In this document: piece by piece, positions 61,376-64,000 of the stretch
Position numbering within the stretch: position 1 is the stretch's first letter
Layout of the letters: every line of letters begins with the position of its first letter
Assembly (NCBI GenBank): GCA_024704765.1
Contig: JAKMXF010000011.1
Coordinates: forward strand, 417,557 to 481,556
DNA length: 64,000 nt
From: Oopsacas minuta
Lineage: Eukaryota; Animalia; Porifera
Direction: 5' to 3'
The notes under the pieces: model-generated
The model's database searches: none
What the model saw: only the letters and a program-made list of their open reading frames with translations
Told to the model about the DNA's origin: nothing
Translations under genes and position numbers: made by a program

Positions 61376-61491
61376 GAAAGGGTTCATTTGAAAGGGTTCA
61401 TTTGAAAGGGTTCATTTGAAAGGGTTCATTTGAAAGGGTTCATTTGAAAGGGTTCGTTTGAAAGGGTTCGTTTGAAAGGGTTCATTTGAAA
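61376..61491. repeat. Minisatellite, 8 x 14 bp GAAAGGGTTC(A/G)TTT
   Basis: Eight full units plus GAAA. Units 6-7 carry an A-to-G variant. Confidence 0.95.
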
Positions 61492-62346
61492 TGATGCATT
61501 TCTAGGTTTCTAACATTGTAAAATACCAAAATTATATCGCTAGTATCGTGGGCATTCACTTCCTATATTTTTAATCTGTCGCTAGTGCGAAGCCAAAACT
61601 ACTAAAAGGGCTGAAACTTTAAATGGAACTTTCACAATTCATGGTGCTACAAATATATGTGAAGGTAAATTCCAACAAACATAGTTGTATGTTGCGAATT
61701 GAACTTCTTAAGGAAAATAAAAAGGAATCAATCCTCAATCATGACAGTGAAAATGTCCAGACTGACTTATTCAGTAAGGAGCAATTCAAATTAATACATC
61801 ATATTACTTCTACATAGTCGTCATCAAAAATTTGAATTTGATTATTTTGTATTTCCTAGAAATATGTCTTATATTCATTCATGTGATATAATCAATATAA
61901 ACATTCAGCAGTCAGCACAGTTGCATTAAATAAATTCCATACCCCGTACCCCTTATATTTTTCGATTAATCCAAATTGTGCGTATCTTTGATAAATTTAG
62001 TAATTTTCCTTTCTAAGGTACACATTGCGAAATTCTTCTTTCAATAACTATCGTTGAACTTGTATTTATCTTATAGTGAAGACCAATGATCTATAAGAAA
62101 TTCAAATTCAACGTTCTCCATGAAAATAAACGTAAATAATAAAGAAATTAATTAAAAGTAACCAATGATAAAAGGAAATTTATATTACCTTGAAGCCTAG
62201 AATTCTGCATTACGAGTACAAGTAACCTTGATTAGAAACGCCAATCGTTTTCTAATGCAACCAAAATATACCAACTTTACGAAATATATAAGTATACTTA
62301 TTATCTTCGCAACTATAATTAGAATTTGAAAACGCATATAGCAAAA

Positions 62347-63576
62347 ATGGCATTTCGTTACCCAATTCCACCACAAGTTGTAGATTCAATAGAGACACAC
62401 ATTAATTACACGATTGACCGTCTCATAGGTGTACTGAATTTCCGCAGAATTGAGCTGCTTGAAAAAGTTCGAAACGCACGTGAGGATAAGAAAGCTAATG
62501 AGTTGGAGCGACAACAAATGATCAACCAACTAACTGAGGCTAAGGCTAACATGAACGAAATTCTAAGACAAAACCCACTCCAGTCTATGCAAGAGAGAAT
62601 AGTCATTGAAATGGAAGAGAGATTGCGAAATCTTAGAAAGAACAATCCAGCAGAAACCCAATTTGTCTGGCGGTGCGACACACGTGACTTTGAAACTAGC
62701 ATTTCCCGTCTAGGAGAGATTGTAGAGATATTCGTAGATATACCAGACTATGCTGCATTCCGAATGCCCACTGTAGCTGTTGGGAAGAAAGGTTCATCTC
62801 CTGGCGAGTTGTATAACCCATTCGGCGTAGCAATAGCTGAAGCTACAAACCAAATATTCGTAGCAAATTTTGACAATAACAGAGTTGAGATATTCTCTGA
62901 CACAGGAGAATACCTCAATCAATTGGGTGCAGGACAGCTGTATAAGCCGTACGGCATAGCAATTCATAAGGAGAATGTGTACATTAGCAGTTCTTCAGAA
63001 CACACTGTCAGCAAATTCGACCTAACTGACATGAGCCTTGATTGGAGGATAGGAGGTTATGGATCAGACAACGGACAGCTCAACAGTCCTAGACAATTAT
63101 CAACAGACCCCATTGGTCGTGTATTTATAGCAGACTGTAATAACAACAGAATCAGCGTACACGACAGTCAACTAATACATATACGGAACATTAAGCATCA
63201 ATCAATGTCTCTACCATTTGATGTTAAAGTATCCCATAACCGTGTTTTTGTGCTGTGTCCAGATAACAACCCGTGCATGCATGTGATTACCCTAGAGGGA
63301 GACAAGCTGCAATCTCTCATTACCAGTGCACAAGGAATAGATACGCTACGCCCTTGGTTCTTCTGTATAGATCGACTAAATAACTTTGTTCTTAGTGAAC
63401 TTAATAGTCATTCAATTCGAATTTTCTCTCCAGAGGGACATCTCCTACACACGATAGGGAGTGAGGGACATCAGCAAGGAATGTTCTGTAGGCCACGAGG
63501 AATTGGTATAACTCCAAACAAGAGATTAGTTTGTGTATCAGATAATCAAGACTATGGTATACAATTTTTTTACTAG
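62347..63576 (+). CDS. Coiled-coil plus NHL beta-propeller protein (TRIM2/3/71-like C-terminus), ~409 aa, single exon
   Basis: PGELYNPFGVAI, LYKPYGIAI, GQLNSPRQL and GMFCRPRGIGI NHL units follow a heptad-rich N-terminus. The ATG at 62347 is used because the track start is TTG. Confidence 0.88.
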   Translation: MAFRYPIPPQVVDSIETHINYTIDRLIGVLNFRRIELLEKVRNAREDKKANELERQQMINQLTEAKANMNEILRQNPLQSMQERIVIEMEERLRNLRKNNPAETQFVWRCDTRDFETSISRLGEIVEIFVDIPDYAAFRMPTVAVGKKGSSPGELYNPFGVAIAEATNQIFVANFDNNRVEIFSDTGEYLNQLGAGQLYKPYGIAIHKENVYISSSSEHTVSKFDLTDMSLDWRIGGYGSDNGQLNSPRQLSTDPIGRVFIADCNNNRISVHDSQLIHIRNIKHQSMSLPFDVKVSHNRVFVLCPDNNPCMHVITLEGDKLQSLITSAQGIDTLRPWFFCIDRLNNFVLSELNSHSIRIFSPEGHLLHTIGSEGHQQGMFCRPRGIGITPNKRLVCVSDNQDYGIQFFY

Positions 63577-64000
63577 TATGGTTATTGTTTTTGATATTTT
63601 TCTATGAATGGACACTATACCACTATAATATTATTAAATTTGAATTCATCCGCAAGATTAAGTTTAAACTCATTAAGTTCTCCCTCCATTTACTTGATAC
63701 ACTCCCTGGTCAAAAGTATTGGAACACCATAGCATTAATAACACATGTGGCATGTGGCACATTGTGAGAATATACGTATTGAATAGTCTGAAAATATATC
63801 AGAAAAGGCGATTGTACTACGTAGTAATGATAAAAGTAATGATTGAATAAGTTCACAGATGTTCGAAATTATCTTCAGCCTATGCAACTAAAGTAAACTA
63901 CATATTTATGCCATGTGTCAATTGTGACAGAGTGTTCCAATACTATTGGCCAGGGAGTGTGTAGTTTAGTGCAGCTTCTATAGGGACAGTGTCTCCAACG

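Noticed and set aside
61376-61491. CRISPR array or telomeric repeat
   Set aside because: There are no spacers, the context is eukaryotic, and the unit is not TTAGGG.

Overview
AT-rich eukaryotic (animal) genomic DNA, not prokaryotic: it has GT-AG introns, a Mediator subunit and metazoan transposon families. Intron-poor genes, an NHL-repeat gene and a sacsin-like gene suggest a sponge such as a glass sponge, which is inference only. Host genes: intronless MARF1-like NYN-RRM-LOTUS RNase (9460-14790 +), Mind-bomb-like E3 ligase without the N-terminal MZM module (17124-19193 -), tRNA-Arg(TCT), MED11 (38300-38659 -), a giant sacsin-like gene and a coiled-coil/NHL gene (62347-63576 +). The ORF track misses three small 5' exons of the sacsin-like gene (61044-61023, 60824-60736, 60182-59924). 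Spliced to the 14.5-kb exon they give a ~4955-aa protein with four GHKL sacsin repeats and no visible UbL, DnaJ or HEPN domain, broken by one homopolymer frameshift. The rest is a transposon graveyard: a 2.3-kb-arm inverted duplication carrying mirrored DD37E Tc1 copies plus a later mariner insertion, a DD37D maT element, an intron-containing Ginger2-like integrase relic, a full-length Ty3/gypsy element, and a hAT > Harbinger > hAT-MITE nest, plus several MITEs. The gypsy element has no adjacent tRNA PBS but carries a Tf1-like self-priming signature. All calls were made by eye; no searches were run.
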